A DNA stretch of 64,000 nt from Elusimicrobiota bacterium (GTDB lineage: Bacteria; Elusimicrobiota; Endomicrobiia; Endomicrobiales; JBDRNC01), in the NCBI GenBank assembly GCA_043811535.1, contig JBDRNC010000037.1:69039-133038 (forward strand). Reading direction: 5' to 3'. The notes beneath the pieces are model-generated. The model searched no databases and was not told the DNA's origin. It saw only the letters and a program-made list of their open reading frames with translations. Positions 48,341-57,845 of this stretch are shown piece after piece; the first letter of the stretch is position 1; the number at the start of each line of letters is the position of its first letter. Both the position numbers and the translations under genes were made by a program.

Positions 48341-50188
48341 GTGAAAAAGCATCTAAAGAACGAAAAAATACGAAATATAGCGGTTATCGCGCACGTTGAC
48401 CACGGCAAGACAACGCTTGTGGACTATTTGCTCAAGCAAAGCGGCACTTTCCGCGACAACCAGAATGTAGCTGTTTGCGTTATGGACAACATGGACCTTG
48501 AAAAAGAGCGCGGAATCACTATCGCGGCCAAGAACTGCGCCGTGTGGTACAAGGACACGCGCATTAACATACTGGACACGCCCGGTCACGCGGATTTCGG
48601 CGGGGAAGTGGAGCGCAGCCTTAAGATGGTTGACGGCGTTATACTGCTTGTGGATTCGTCCGAAGGGCCTTTGCCTCAGACGCGTTTTGTGCTGCGAAAA
48701 GCGCTTGAGAATAATCTGAAAGTCATTGTGGTCGTCAACAAGATAGACCGCAAGGACGCGCGCCCGAAAGAAGTATTGGACGAAATATATTCGCTTTTTA
48801 TAGATCTTGACGCGAAAGACAGCCAGATAGATTTTCCGGTGCTCTTCGCGATCGGCCGCGAAGGTATTGCCCAGAGGACGCTTGAAGAAAAAGGGGAGAA
48901 CCTTGCGCCGCTTTTCGAGACGATAATAGACGAGATACCGGCGCCGCGCTACGATCCGGCTGAGCCTTTCCAGATGCTCGTATGCGACCTGGACTATTCC
49001 GATTACATGGGCCGCCTCGCGATAGGCAGGGTGTTCAACGGTTCGGTGCACTGCAACCAGGACCTTGTCTGCATAGGTGAAAGCGGCGAACCAAAACCGC
49101 TCCGCGTGACAAAACTTCAATTATACGACGGCATAGGCATCAAGGAAACGGAGTCGGTCTCGCCGGGCGACATAACGATACTGGCAGGGATAGAAGACGT
49201 GCATATCGGCGACACAATCTGCGCGAAGGAAGCTCCCAAGGCGCTCAAGCGCATCAGCGTTGACGAGCCTACTTTGTCGATTGTTTTTACGATAAACAAC
49301 TCGCCGTTTTCGGGCAGAGAGGGGAAATTCGTCCAGTCAAAAAAACTTGCCGAGCGCCTTCACAAGGAGACGCTCCAGAATGTGGCGATAAAAGTGGAGG
49401 ATATAGAGAACTCGGACCAATTCATAGTGAAAGGCAGGGGCGAGTTCCAGATGGAGATACTGATAGAAACCATGCGCCGGGAGGGGTACGAACTCAGTGT
49501 CGGCAGGCCCAAGGTGATATTCAAGGAAAAGAAAGGAAAACTCCTTGAGCCGATAGAGCACCTGTTTGTGGATTGCGACGAGTCCGGCATAGGAATAATA
49601 ACGGAAAAAATATCGCGCAGAAAAGGCCGCATGATAAATATGGTGAACCACGGAACGGGCCGTGTCCGCCTGGAGTACTCGATTCCCAGCCGCGGGCTTA
49701 TAGGATACCGCAGCGAATTCCTCACGGACACGCGCGGAACGGGCATAATGAATTCTTATTTGAGCGGGTACGAAGAATACAGGGGAGACTTTCTTTCCCG
49801 CGTCACCGGATCGCTGGTATCCGACAGGACGGGCGAGGCCACAACATACGCGCTGTACTATCTTGAGCCAAGGGGCGTGCTTTTTTCCAATCCCGGAGAT
49901 CCTGTTTATGAGGGCATGATTGTCGGGGAGCACAACCGCGAGAACGACCTTGACGTCAACGCGTGCCGCGAAAAAAAACTTAGCAATATGCGCGCGGCCG
50001 GTTCGGACGACACGATACACCTCACGCCCGTGCAGCCGATGTCGTTGGAGCGCGCAATAATGTATATCCGCGACGAAGAGTTGGTGGAGGTCACGCCAAA
50101 ATCCATACGCCTGCGGAAAACAATACTATCCGCGCAGGACCGCTCGCGCACCCGCTCGGATAAGGCGCACCAGAAAGATGATGAATAA
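48341..50188 (+). CDS. typA: Translational GTPase TypA/BipA
   Basis: AHVDHGKTT, DTPGHADF, NKID, EVTPKSIRLRK. Confidence 0.97.
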   Translation: MKKHLKNEKIRNIAVIAHVDHGKTTLVDYLLKQSGTFRDNQNVAVCVMDNMDLEKERGITIAAKNCAVWYKDTRINILDTPGHADFGGEVERSLKMVDGVILLVDSSEGPLPQTRFVLRKALENNLKVIVVVNKIDRKDARPKEVLDEIYSLFIDLDAKDSQIDFPVLFAIGREGIAQRTLEEKGENLAPLFETIIDEIPAPRYDPAEPFQMLVCDLDYSDYMGRLAIGRVFNGSVHCNQDLVCIGESGEPKPLRVTKLQLYDGIGIKETESVSPGDITILAGIEDVHIGDTICAKEAPKALKRISVDEPTLSIVFTINNSPFSGREGKFVQSKKLAERLHKETLQNVAIKVEDIENSDQFIVKGRGEFQMEILIETMRREGYELSVGRPKVIFKEKKGKLLEPIEHLFVDCDESGIGIITEKISRRKGRMINMVNHGTGRVRLEYSIPSRGLIGYRSEFLTDTRGTGIMNSYLSGYEEYRGDFLSRVTGSLVSDRTGEATTYALYYLEPRGVLFSNPGDPVYEGMIVGEHNRENDLDVNACREKKLSNMRAAGSDDTIHLTPVQPMSLERAIMYIRDEELVEVTPKSIRLRKTILSAQDRSRTRSDKAHQKDDE

Positions 50189-50253
50189 TCGTCTATCCCT
50201 GTGGGATAAGGCGCACCAGAAAGAAGAATAAAATTTAATATTTGCAAAAAAAT

Positions 50254-50289
50254 GCCCCAAGTGCTATGGTACTTAGGGTTTTTTTATTT
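50254..50289 (+). terminator. Intrinsic terminator after typA
   Basis: GCCCCAAGTGC...GTACTTAGGGT imperfect stem followed by a T run. Confidence 0.65.
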
Positions 50290-50367
50290 GGTCCTAGTCC
50301 CGCTATTGCTCGAAAGCGTTTAATAGTATAAAATATAAGCAAATCCTATCGAAAACAGCGGCCATAT

Positions 50368-51537
50368 ATGAAAAAACAGATATTTTTATCGGGAATTGTT
50401 TTATTTCTGGCGGTTTGCCTGGCGCAGGCGGCGAGATTTTCCATTGACAGGGATTATATTTTGAAAGACGGGAAGGAATTTCTTGTTAAAGGCGTAAGCT
50501 ATGATTATATACGCCCGGAAGACCCGCCGTGGGAATGGGAGGGCAATCCCATCCCCAGTGAACAAATAAGGGCGAGAATACTCAAAGACATAAAGGATAT
50601 TAGAGAGATGAACGCAAACGTGCTTAGGATTTCCGATTCTCCGGCAGCCGTCTATGAAGGCGCCAGGAAAGAGAAATTGTTCCTGCTCCAAAGCATATGG
50701 ATAGAGCCGGCAAAAGACCTTTTTGAGCCGGAGTTCAAGGAAAGACAAAAAACAAATATAAGGCGCATGATAGACAGGATACATAACTTAAACGGTGCGG
50801 ATTATTCCGATATTGTCATGGCATGGAATATATGCTGCGAACTGACCGAAAAGGAAATAAAAGCCAACGACGCCAAATATCCCGAAACAAACCATTACGA
50901 CGGGGAATACGTCAGCGCGCCGATGGGCTCAACTGCCGTGGAGTGTTTTATCGCGCAGATGGCCGATTACGCGAAAAGATACGAGTACGATTCGTACTTT
51001 GCCACCCATCTGGTCACATATTCAAATACTCAGCTTACGGTATCGTTTCTCCGGACCGATTTTCTGGACTTCATGTCCATGAACTTGTATTCGCACAACG
51101 TATGGTGCTGGTACAATAGCCCTCTCGGCTCGCGCAGCGGCACGATATACCAGGGTTTTATTGAGACATTCAGGGAGAGTTACCCGAATAAACCGCTATT
51201 GATTACCGAGTTCGGACTCAGCACTGCGCCGGAGTGCAAAAAAGACGCGCTGCATCCATACGGCTACGGCGGAAATACTGAGGAAGAGCAGGCAAAGGGC
51301 ATCGCGGAGATGTGGAACGACATCAAAACCGCAAAGTATCCGGTGGCCGGCGGAGTCGTGTACGCCTACGCGGATTTCTGGGGCGGTATGGGTCAGGAGG
51401 GCGTTGAAATACACGAAAAAAATAATCCGGAACAATGGTTCGGCGTGGTGAGTATAGACGGCGAATCGAGCAAGAAAACCAAAGTAAGGAAGAAACAAGC
51501 GTACTACAAACTGCAGGAGTTATTCGGCTTGAAATAA
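50368..51537 (+). CDS. Secreted clan GH-A TIM-barrel glycoside hydrolase (GH2-like)
   Basis: Signal peptide; KGVSY, MNANVLR, WNICCE (acid/base position), LITEFG (nucleophile), WFGVV. Confidence 0.8.
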   Translation: MKKQIFLSGIVLFLAVCLAQAARFSIDRDYILKDGKEFLVKGVSYDYIRPEDPPWEWEGNPIPSEQIRARILKDIKDIREMNANVLRISDSPAAVYEGARKEKLFLLQSIWIEPAKDLFEPEFKERQKTNIRRMIDRIHNLNGADYSDIVMAWNICCELTEKEIKANDAKYPETNHYDGEYVSAPMGSTAVECFIAQMADYAKRYEYDSYFATHLVTYSNTQLTVSFLRTDFLDFMSMNLYSHNVWCWYNSPLGSRSGTIYQGFIETFRESYPNKPLLITEFGLSTAPECKKDALHPYGYGGNTEEEQAKGIAEMWNDIKTAKYPVAGGVVYAYADFWGGMGQEGVEIHEKNNPEQWFGVVSIDGESSKKTKVRKKQAYYKLQELFGLK

Positions 51538-51673
51538 GATGTTATACATATTCCCTCCCCCTTGGACGGGGGAGGATTAAGGTGGGGAGGACCCCCACCC
51601 CGCCCCTCCCACCGCCTCCACTTCCGAGGAGTCACCGGCACCACCTCCGAGGAGTCCATTCGGCCACCTCGGA

Positions 51674-53026
51674 GAGACCGCTGAAAAAGTGGTAATATTT
51701 AGCGGATAAGTATATCGACGATACTACCGACGACAAATAATTGTGATATTGGCCTGAAATTGGTATAATTTGCGTAGGAAACAAAGTGCCAGTTACAGGA
51801 GGCAACGCAAATGTACAAAGAAAACGACAAGCAAAACAGCTTTTTCGGTGATTTAATCTATGAAACGATAGTACCGAAAGATCATTTTTTAAGGCGTCTT
51901 ACCGCGGCAATAGATTTCAGCTTCGTGAATGAACTGTGTAAAGAACTATACAGCCAAGACAACGGACGCCCCTGCTGGGAACCGCAAGTTCTATTTAAGG
52001 TGCTGCTACTGCAGTATCTATATAACCTGTCGGACACAGTAGTAGAAAATGAGATATGCGATAGATTAAGCTTCAAATGGTTCCTTGGTATAGATGCCGA
52101 TGACCGGCCTCCCGATGCAACGACACTAGTCCGATTCCGCGACCGATTAGGGACAGAGCGGTTTGCAAAGGCATTTAACCATATAGTGGAAACAGCGCGA
52201 AAGAGCAATTTAGTATCGGACCAATTGCATATAGTTGATGCAACGACAATTAAAGCAAAAGTAGATATATTCCGTATCCATCACAAACACGATCATGAAT
52301 ATCCCAACAATGATGTATCACCGCAAGATATGGTTAAGCATTCGCCCGACAAAGATGCCCGATTTGGATACTCGACCATGGAGGGCATGATTTACGGCTA
52401 CAAAGGGTATGTCCAGATGGACAAAGACAGCGAGATCATAGTATCGAGCACAGTAGATTCAGCCAATAAGCAGGAATACAACCATTTGGAAGAGCTTATT
52501 GACGGCACGGTTGAAAAGCCGGAAGCATTGACAGCAGATAAGGCATATGATACAAGGCAAGTTAATGAACTATTGATACGAAAAGATATCCGGTCCGGAG
52601 TTATCCACAAGAAAGAGCCTAAGAAACCTGTTGCGGGCATATTCTATCAAAAAACGCCGCGTCCAAAAGAAGAAGAACTGTATTTCAAAAGGAAACGTTT
52701 GGCAGTTGAGCATAAGATAGCAGAATTGAAACGGTGGCATAATCTGCGTTTTGCACGGTTTATCGGACTTATCAAAACCAAGATACAGATGTTTTTGACC
52801 TGTATTGCAGTAAATGTCAAAAGAATAGTGAAGCTTATAAGCCAGGGTATATCGCCTCCTTGGAAAAACACAGTAACACCTGATTAGGCAAGGGCTTTGG
52901 ATGAGGCAAAGGGAGCAAGGAGTCCGGGAGGCATTCAAAAGATGCCTCGTAAAAGCAGCTTGCTAGTTATAATAAAATATTCAAAGACCAATTCCTTCAG
53001 GATATTACCACTTTTTCAGCGGTCTC
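51674..53026 (+). mobile_element. Complete IS5/IS1182-like insertion sequence, 1353 bp
   Basis: Perfect 25-bp terminal inverted repeats GAGACCGCTGAAAAAGTGGTAATAT (51674-51698, 53002-53026); 5-bp target duplication TCGGA. Confidence 0.93.
51811..52887 (+). CDS. DDE transposase (DUF772 + DDE)
   Basis: GRP, FKWFLG, PPDATTLVRFR, VDAT, ADKAYD, VEHKIAELK. Confidence 0.95.
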   Translation: MYKENDKQNSFFGDLIYETIVPKDHFLRRLTAAIDFSFVNELCKELYSQDNGRPCWEPQVLFKVLLLQYLYNLSDTVVENEICDRLSFKWFLGIDADDRPPDATTLVRFRDRLGTERFAKAFNHIVETARKSNLVSDQLHIVDATTIKAKVDIFRIHHKHDHEYPNNDVSPQDMVKHSPDKDARFGYSTMEGMIYGYKGYVQMDKDSEIIVSSTVDSANKQEYNHLEELIDGTVEKPEALTADKAYDTRQVNELLIRKDIRSGVIHKKEPKKPVAGIFYQKTPRPKEEELYFKRKRLAVEHKIAELKRWHNLRFARFIGLIKTKIQMFLTCIAVNVKRIVKLISQGISPPWKNTVTPD

Positions 53027-53088
53027 TCGGAGGTGTAAGACAGCCACCTCGGAAGTGAAATAAGGGGAAGGTGAAGGTATAAAGTCTT

Positions 53089-53454
53089 ATGAAGAAGAAG
53101 AAAAAATGGTCACTCTATATCCTGCGCTGCAAGGACGGGCGCCTCTACACCGGCATAACGAATAATCTTGAGCGCCGGTTCAAACAGCACAGCAGCGGCA
53201 AGGGCGCGCGCTTTACGAAATGCTTCGGAGTGGATAAGCTGCTTTACAGCGAAGAAGTCGGGAAACAGTCCGCCGCAATGGTGAGGGAGGCAGAAGTTAA
53301 GACCTGGCCAAAGACAAAAAAACTCGATCTTGCCGGGATTTCAGATGAAACTAAGAAACCCCGTGAATTGTCTAATAATGCAGAAGCGCCGAGAAGGCAA
53401 AACCGCAGCAAAACGCAAAAAGGCGGCACATGCAAAGAACAAAATTTGGGTTGA
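53089..53454 (+). CDS. GIY-YIG nuclease (UPF0213-like)
   Basis: LYILRCKDGRLYTGITNNLERRFKQH, GARFT, RE..VK. Confidence 0.9.
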   Translation: MKKKKKWSLYILRCKDGRLYTGITNNLERRFKQHSSGKGARFTKCFGVDKLLYSEEVGKQSAAMVREAEVKTWPKTKKLDLAGISDETKKPRELSNNAEAPRRQNRSKTQKGGTCKEQNLG

Positions 53455-53957
53455 TATTAACCGCGGTTCTTACAGCGGCAGTGCTCTGTCTTGTCCAGGC
53501 GGGCGCGCAGCCGGGCACAATTAAGGATGCGATGGATCTTGCCGGCGCCGGAAAATACGATGAGGCGGCAGAGGGATTGAACCGCCTGATATCGCAAAAA
53601 CCGGAAGCCGAAAACCTTGAAGCCCGCCTGAGTTTAGGGCTTGTATACTACAAGATGAAGAGATATGACAATGCTCTCGAGGAGTTCGGCAAATCAATCT
53701 CCATAAGTCCTGACAATCCGATGGCGTATTACTTCATGGGAATGATATACGAGCAAAAAGCCGTCGGCTCGGCGAACGGGACAACGAGAGCGCTTAAGCA
53801 AAAAGCGCTGGACGCGTGGCAGAAATACCTGGACAGTTCCGCGAAGCCGGCGAATAGCTCTTTGTCGGCCTACAAGCACGCCGGTATCTCAAAAAAGGGG
53901 TGCGTGAAAAGGGCAAAAAAACACATAAAAGTGCTTAAGGGGGAGCTTGTAAAATGA
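53430..53957 (+). CDS. Secreted TPR protein
   Basis: Signal peptide; LGLVYY..YDNALEEF..PDNPMAYYFMG. Confidence 0.85.
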   Translation: MQRTKFGLILTAVLTAAVLCLVQAGAQPGTIKDAMDLAGAGKYDEAAEGLNRLISQKPEAENLEARLSLGLVYYKMKRYDNALEEFGKSISISPDNPMAYYFMGMIYEQKAVGSANGTTRALKQKALDAWQKYLDSSAKPANSSLSAYKHAGISKKGCVKRAKKHIKVLKGELVK

Positions 53958-54541
53958 AAAATAGCATATTCAAGCTCTTCAGCCCGAAACTCCTTGTTAT
54001 GCTGTTGCCTTTATTCATATTGTCTTCCTGCGCCACCGAAACCATGGTGCTTAAAAAGGGATATGATTTTAATAAGATAAAAAGGGTTGCCGTGCTTCAA
54101 TTCAAGGAATATACGTTCACGCGGTATACCGGCTCGATGGTATCGCAATTATTCGTGAAGTACATGCTTAAGGCGGGATACAACGTGGTGGAGAGAGACG
54201 AACTGGACGCGATACTCAGGGAACGGCAGCTTTCCGAATCCAATCTTCTTGACCCCTCGCAGGTAAGGACATTCAAGCTTTCGGGGATAGACGCTATCGT
54301 CACCGGAGCTATCACGAGAGAGATTCCCGAGCAGGATCTTTTTGAGAACGGCAATCCTCGCTTCATAGCCGCGCAGGTAGGCATTACATGCCGGATGATA
54401 GATGTTGAAACCGGGGAAATACTCTGGGCCGGTTCCGACACTTATGACGGCACGAATACCCAGACGGCTTTCGAATATCTGACATCTTCCATGGTAAGAA
54501 ATCTTATTGATGACATCAGGACAGTATCTGCCGGTAAATAG
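53954..54541 (+). CDS. CsgG/HfaB-like lipoprotein
   Basis: LSSC lipobox; RVAVLQF, VVERDELDAILRE, RMIDVETGEILW. Confidence 0.8.
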   Translation: MKNSIFKLFSPKLLVMLLPLFILSSCATETMVLKKGYDFNKIKRVAVLQFKEYTFTRYTGSMVSQLFVKYMLKAGYNVVERDELDAILRERQLSESNLLDPSQVRTFKLSGIDAIVTGAITREIPEQDLFENGNPRFIAAQVGITCRMIDVETGEILWAGSDTYDGTNTQTAFEYLTSSMVRNLIDDIRTVSAGK

Positions 54542-54581
54542 AACTGAAAACTCCTTCCACGGAATTACATCCCGATTTTCC

Positions 54582-54629
54582 TTGACATACCAATTTTGAT
54601 GAATTATACTATTTCGGTAATCGCTTACC
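54582..54629 (+). promoter_or_regulatory. Promoter TTGACA-17-TATACT with LacI-type operator GGTAATCGCTTACC at the start site
   Basis: Near-consensus promoter boxes; palindrome at 54616-54629. Confidence 0.78.
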
Positions 54630-54675
54630 TTTAATGTATTAAACCCGTCGAAAAAATTTCCAAAGGAGACGCGCC

Positions 54676-57600
54676 ATAAAAAAAATAATTCCTTTTCTGA
54701 CCGCGGTTTGCTTTTTGCTTCTAGTATTGATTGCGCCGGCTTTCGCTCAGTCTTCGTCAGTTTCCGCCGAAGCGCTGGACATGCTTCCGGGCGGCGAACT
54801 GAAAGTTGAAAAGGTCGCTGTTTCTTCCATTGAGAACAACAAGCCCGAACTAAGAGGGGAATTCGCCGTTGACGGCAACATGTTCACCAGATGGTCATCC
54901 GAAAAGAGCGACCCGCAGTCGCTGACGCTGGATCTCGGATCAGCAAAGAAATTCAACCTTGTTACCATAAACTGGGAAGCCGCATACGCGAAAAAATACG
55001 AGATACAGACTTCAAAAGACGGCAATGCATTCTCCGCGGTGCACGCTGAAAACAACGGAAAAGGCGGAAAGGAAATAATCGTATTGAAACCGCAGACGTC
55101 CAGATTTGTGCGGCTGTACTGCCTTGAGCGCGCGACCGAGTACGGTGATTCGGTTTTTGAGATAAAAGTTGCTTATAAGATGATGGACGACGGAAAAGTC
55201 CCGGCGGCGCCTGCCGGTTTTTCGGCTGTCGGCGGGGATGACGTCATATTCCTGCAATGGAACAGGAGCGCGGAACCGGACATTCTCGGTTACAACGTGT
55301 ACCGCTCGAAAAACCCAGGAGCGGATTTTGAAAAACTGACTAAAATACCCGTAAAGACATTAAAATACAACGATAAAGCCGGGAGCGCCGAAACGCTTCA
55401 TTATTACGTGACCGCCCTGGATTTTACCGGAAACGAGAGCCCGGCTTCCGCTAAAGTTTCGGTTTCTTTTTCAAAGCAAAAAGAACGCAGCTTCTTTCCG
55501 ATACCTTCGTGCGCCTGGAAACACAATCTAGGGGACATCCCTGACGGATGCGTCAGTTCAAGCCCTAACAGGGGCGTTGCGATCGGCGGTTTCGGCGCGG
55601 GCTCGTTCATGTACACCATCTGCGGCTCGTTCGGTCCTTTCCAGAGGTTCGACGACACTCTTTACAGGGAGCTTTGGCTCCCGCAGGCGGCCTTCCACAT
55701 TTATGAGAAGGTCGGCCGGCAGGATGCCGTTGTAAAGTGCCTTTCAACAGACGAACAGCTGAAAAAGGGCTGGAACAAACTCAGGACCGGCGACGGTATA
55801 TACTACGCCCTTCAGCCCAAGGGCTGGGTCACGTACGGTTGTTTTAACACGGATATAAGCCAGAAATTCTTTACGCCTATTATCCCGAAAAACTACAAGG
55901 AGACATCGTATCCTGCCGGTGTGTGGCAGTTCAGGATATATAATTCCGCGAAAGAGGACGCTCAGGTTGGAGTGATGCTGACCTTTCCGGGCGTTTATGT
56001 CGGTGACATCATCAAAGCCGGGAATTTTGTCAATTCAGAAGTTTCGGAAAACGGCGTGACCGGGGTTGTCATGAAATCGCGGAACGGCGCCGGCCAGTGG
56101 TGCATCGCTTCCAAAAAACTTCCGAATACTGCGGTTTCGTATACGACGAGCTGGAACGGAGACGGCGACGGGCTTGATATCGCAACCCAGTTTAAAGAGA
56201 GGGGCGCGCTGAACAACCGCAATCTTGATAATTCAAACAGGGCCGCGGCCATAGCCGTTACGACGACGCTGAAACCCGGAGAGGAAATTACGATACCGAT
56301 AGTAATAACGTGGGACTTTCCCGTAACGAAATTCGGTTCCGGCACCGAATGGTGGAAAAAATACACGGAATATTTCGGCCGCTCGGGCGAAAACGCGTTC
56401 AAGATAGCCGCTGAGGCGCTTGAAAACTATTCCGCTTGGGAAGCCAAGATAGACGAGTGGATGAATCCTGTCATCAAAAACGATAAGTATCCGGACTGGC
56501 TGAAATGCGCCGCGTTCAACGAGCTTTATTACGACCAGTTTGGAGGCGTTTTCTATGAATCAGGCCTGAAATCCGGCCGGGCGCAGGAATACAAGGGACT
56601 GCACGTCGATGACCACAAGCATTTCGTGCTTGAGAGCCCGGTGTATACTTCAGCCAACACGCTTGACGTCAGGCATTACGCCTCGCTTGATTTCGCGCTG
56701 TTCTGGCCCGACATAGAGCGCGACACGTTGAAGTGTTTCGCGGACGGAACAATGCATTACCAGTTCGTAAAACCCGTACCGAAAGGGCTGGCCCCTCATG
56801 ACGTGGGCGATCCCCGCAAGTGCGACCCGTACTTTGAATACGACGTTTACCGCCACGATATTCCAGATCTGGTTTACTGGAAAGACCTTTCCCCGAAATT
56901 CGTCCAGCAGTGCTGGCGTTATTACTACCTTTACAAGGACAAGAAATTCCTGGATTACGTCTGGCCCAGCATGAAAGCGGTTTTTGATTTCATGAAATCC
57001 ACAGACAAGAACGGCGACTATCTTCCCGACAACTCCGGCTCAGACAACACCTACGACGCCTGGGGATTATACGGGACGAGCCTTTTGTGCGGCGGCCTGT
57101 GGGTAGGCGCGCTCGAGTGCCTTGAGCAGATGGCGATAGCTGAAAACGACAATGCCATGCTTCAGCAGATAAGGGGATGGCTTAAAAAGGCGAAGGTCAA
57201 CCTGGACTCGCAGCTGTGGTCGCCGGGGCAGGGATATTACAAAATGGACACGCAAGGCAAGCATCCCGGCGCCATAATGAGCGACGGCCTGAACGGCCAG
57301 TTGTTCTGCCACAAATACGGACTGGAAGACATTCTGCCGAAAGAAAGAATGTCCATGCACCTCAAAATGATATTTGATAAATGCGTCAAGCCGATGAAGG
57401 ATTATACCGGCGACGGTATCGGCGACATCGGCGCTATCAACGCGGTGAATATGGACGGGTCCTACCTGGGAACTGTGCAGTCCGACGAGATCTGGACGGG
57501 GTCGTCTTACTTCTTGGCGGCATTGATGTATAACGCCGGAATGAAAGAAGAAGCGCTGAAAACCGCGTACGGCATATATTTCAATACATATATAAATCCC

Positions 57601-57741
57601 GAAACCGCGTTCTGGTTCAATACGCCGGAAAGCTGGCGCGTGAATACCATGAGAGCCAGGCCGAATAATCCCGAACAGTACCAGCGCCCGCGAGCGGTAT
57701 GGGAGTTGCTGCTTGAAATAGATAATCCGTACGCGCGGTAA
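54676..57741 (+). CDS. Secreted GH116 beta-glucosidase-like enzyme with discoidin and FN3 domains (probable ATA start; ORF track start 54715)
   Basis: GVAIGGFGAGS, NYKETSYP, FNELY, TLDV, PHDVGDP, WKDL, DNTYDAW, EIWTG, FNTPE, YQRP. Confidence 0.88.
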   Translation: MKKIIPFLTAVCFLLLVLIAPAFAQSSSVSAEALDMLPGGELKVEKVAVSSIENNKPELRGEFAVDGNMFTRWSSEKSDPQSLTLDLGSAKKFNLVTINWEAAYAKKYEIQTSKDGNAFSAVHAENNGKGGKEIIVLKPQTSRFVRLYCLERATEYGDSVFEIKVAYKMMDDGKVPAAPAGFSAVGGDDVIFLQWNRSAEPDILGYNVYRSKNPGADFEKLTKIPVKTLKYNDKAGSAETLHYYVTALDFTGNESPASAKVSVSFSKQKERSFFPIPSCAWKHNLGDIPDGCVSSSPNRGVAIGGFGAGSFMYTICGSFGPFQRFDDTLYRELWLPQAAFHIYEKVGRQDAVVKCLSTDEQLKKGWNKLRTGDGIYYALQPKGWVTYGCFNTDISQKFFTPIIPKNYKETSYPAGVWQFRIYNSAKEDAQVGVMLTFPGVYVGDIIKAGNFVNSEVSENGVTGVVMKSRNGAGQWCIASKKLPNTAVSYTTSWNGDGDGLDIATQFKERGALNNRNLDNSNRAAAIAVTTTLKPGEEITIPIVITWDFPVTKFGSGTEWWKKYTEYFGRSGENAFKIAAEALENYSAWEAKIDEWMNPVIKNDKYPDWLKCAAFNELYYDQFGGVFYESGLKSGRAQEYKGLHVDDHKHFVLESPVYTSANTLDVRHYASLDFALFWPDIERDTLKCFADGTMHYQFVKPVPKGLAPHDVGDPRKCDPYFEYDVYRHDIPDLVYWKDLSPKFVQQCWRYYYLYKDKKFLDYVWPSMKAVFDFMKSTDKNGDYLPDNSGSDNTYDAWGLYGTSLLCGGLWVGALECLEQMAIAENDNAMLQQIRGWLKKAKVNLDSQLWSPGQGYYKMDTQGKHPGAIMSDGLNGQLFCHKYGLEDILPKERMSMHLKMIFDKCVKPMKDYTGDGIGDIGAINAVNMDGSYLGTVQSDEIWTGSSYFLAALMYNAGMKEEALKTAYGIYFNTYINPETAFWFNTPESWRVNTMRARPNNPEQYQRPRAVWELLLEIDNPYAR

Positions 57742-57845
57742 ACGCGCGCGGTAAACGCCCCGGTGCTGTTTTCGCCGGTGTATTTCATTTCAGCGACGTA
57801 TTTTGTATAATAGACGTATACAAAAAGTTTTGGAGGTACCCATCA

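Noticed and set aside
50312..50322. Third LacI-type operator (GAAAGCGTTTA) before the GH2-like gene
   Set aside because: Weak match to the GTAANCGCTTAC sites; could be chance.
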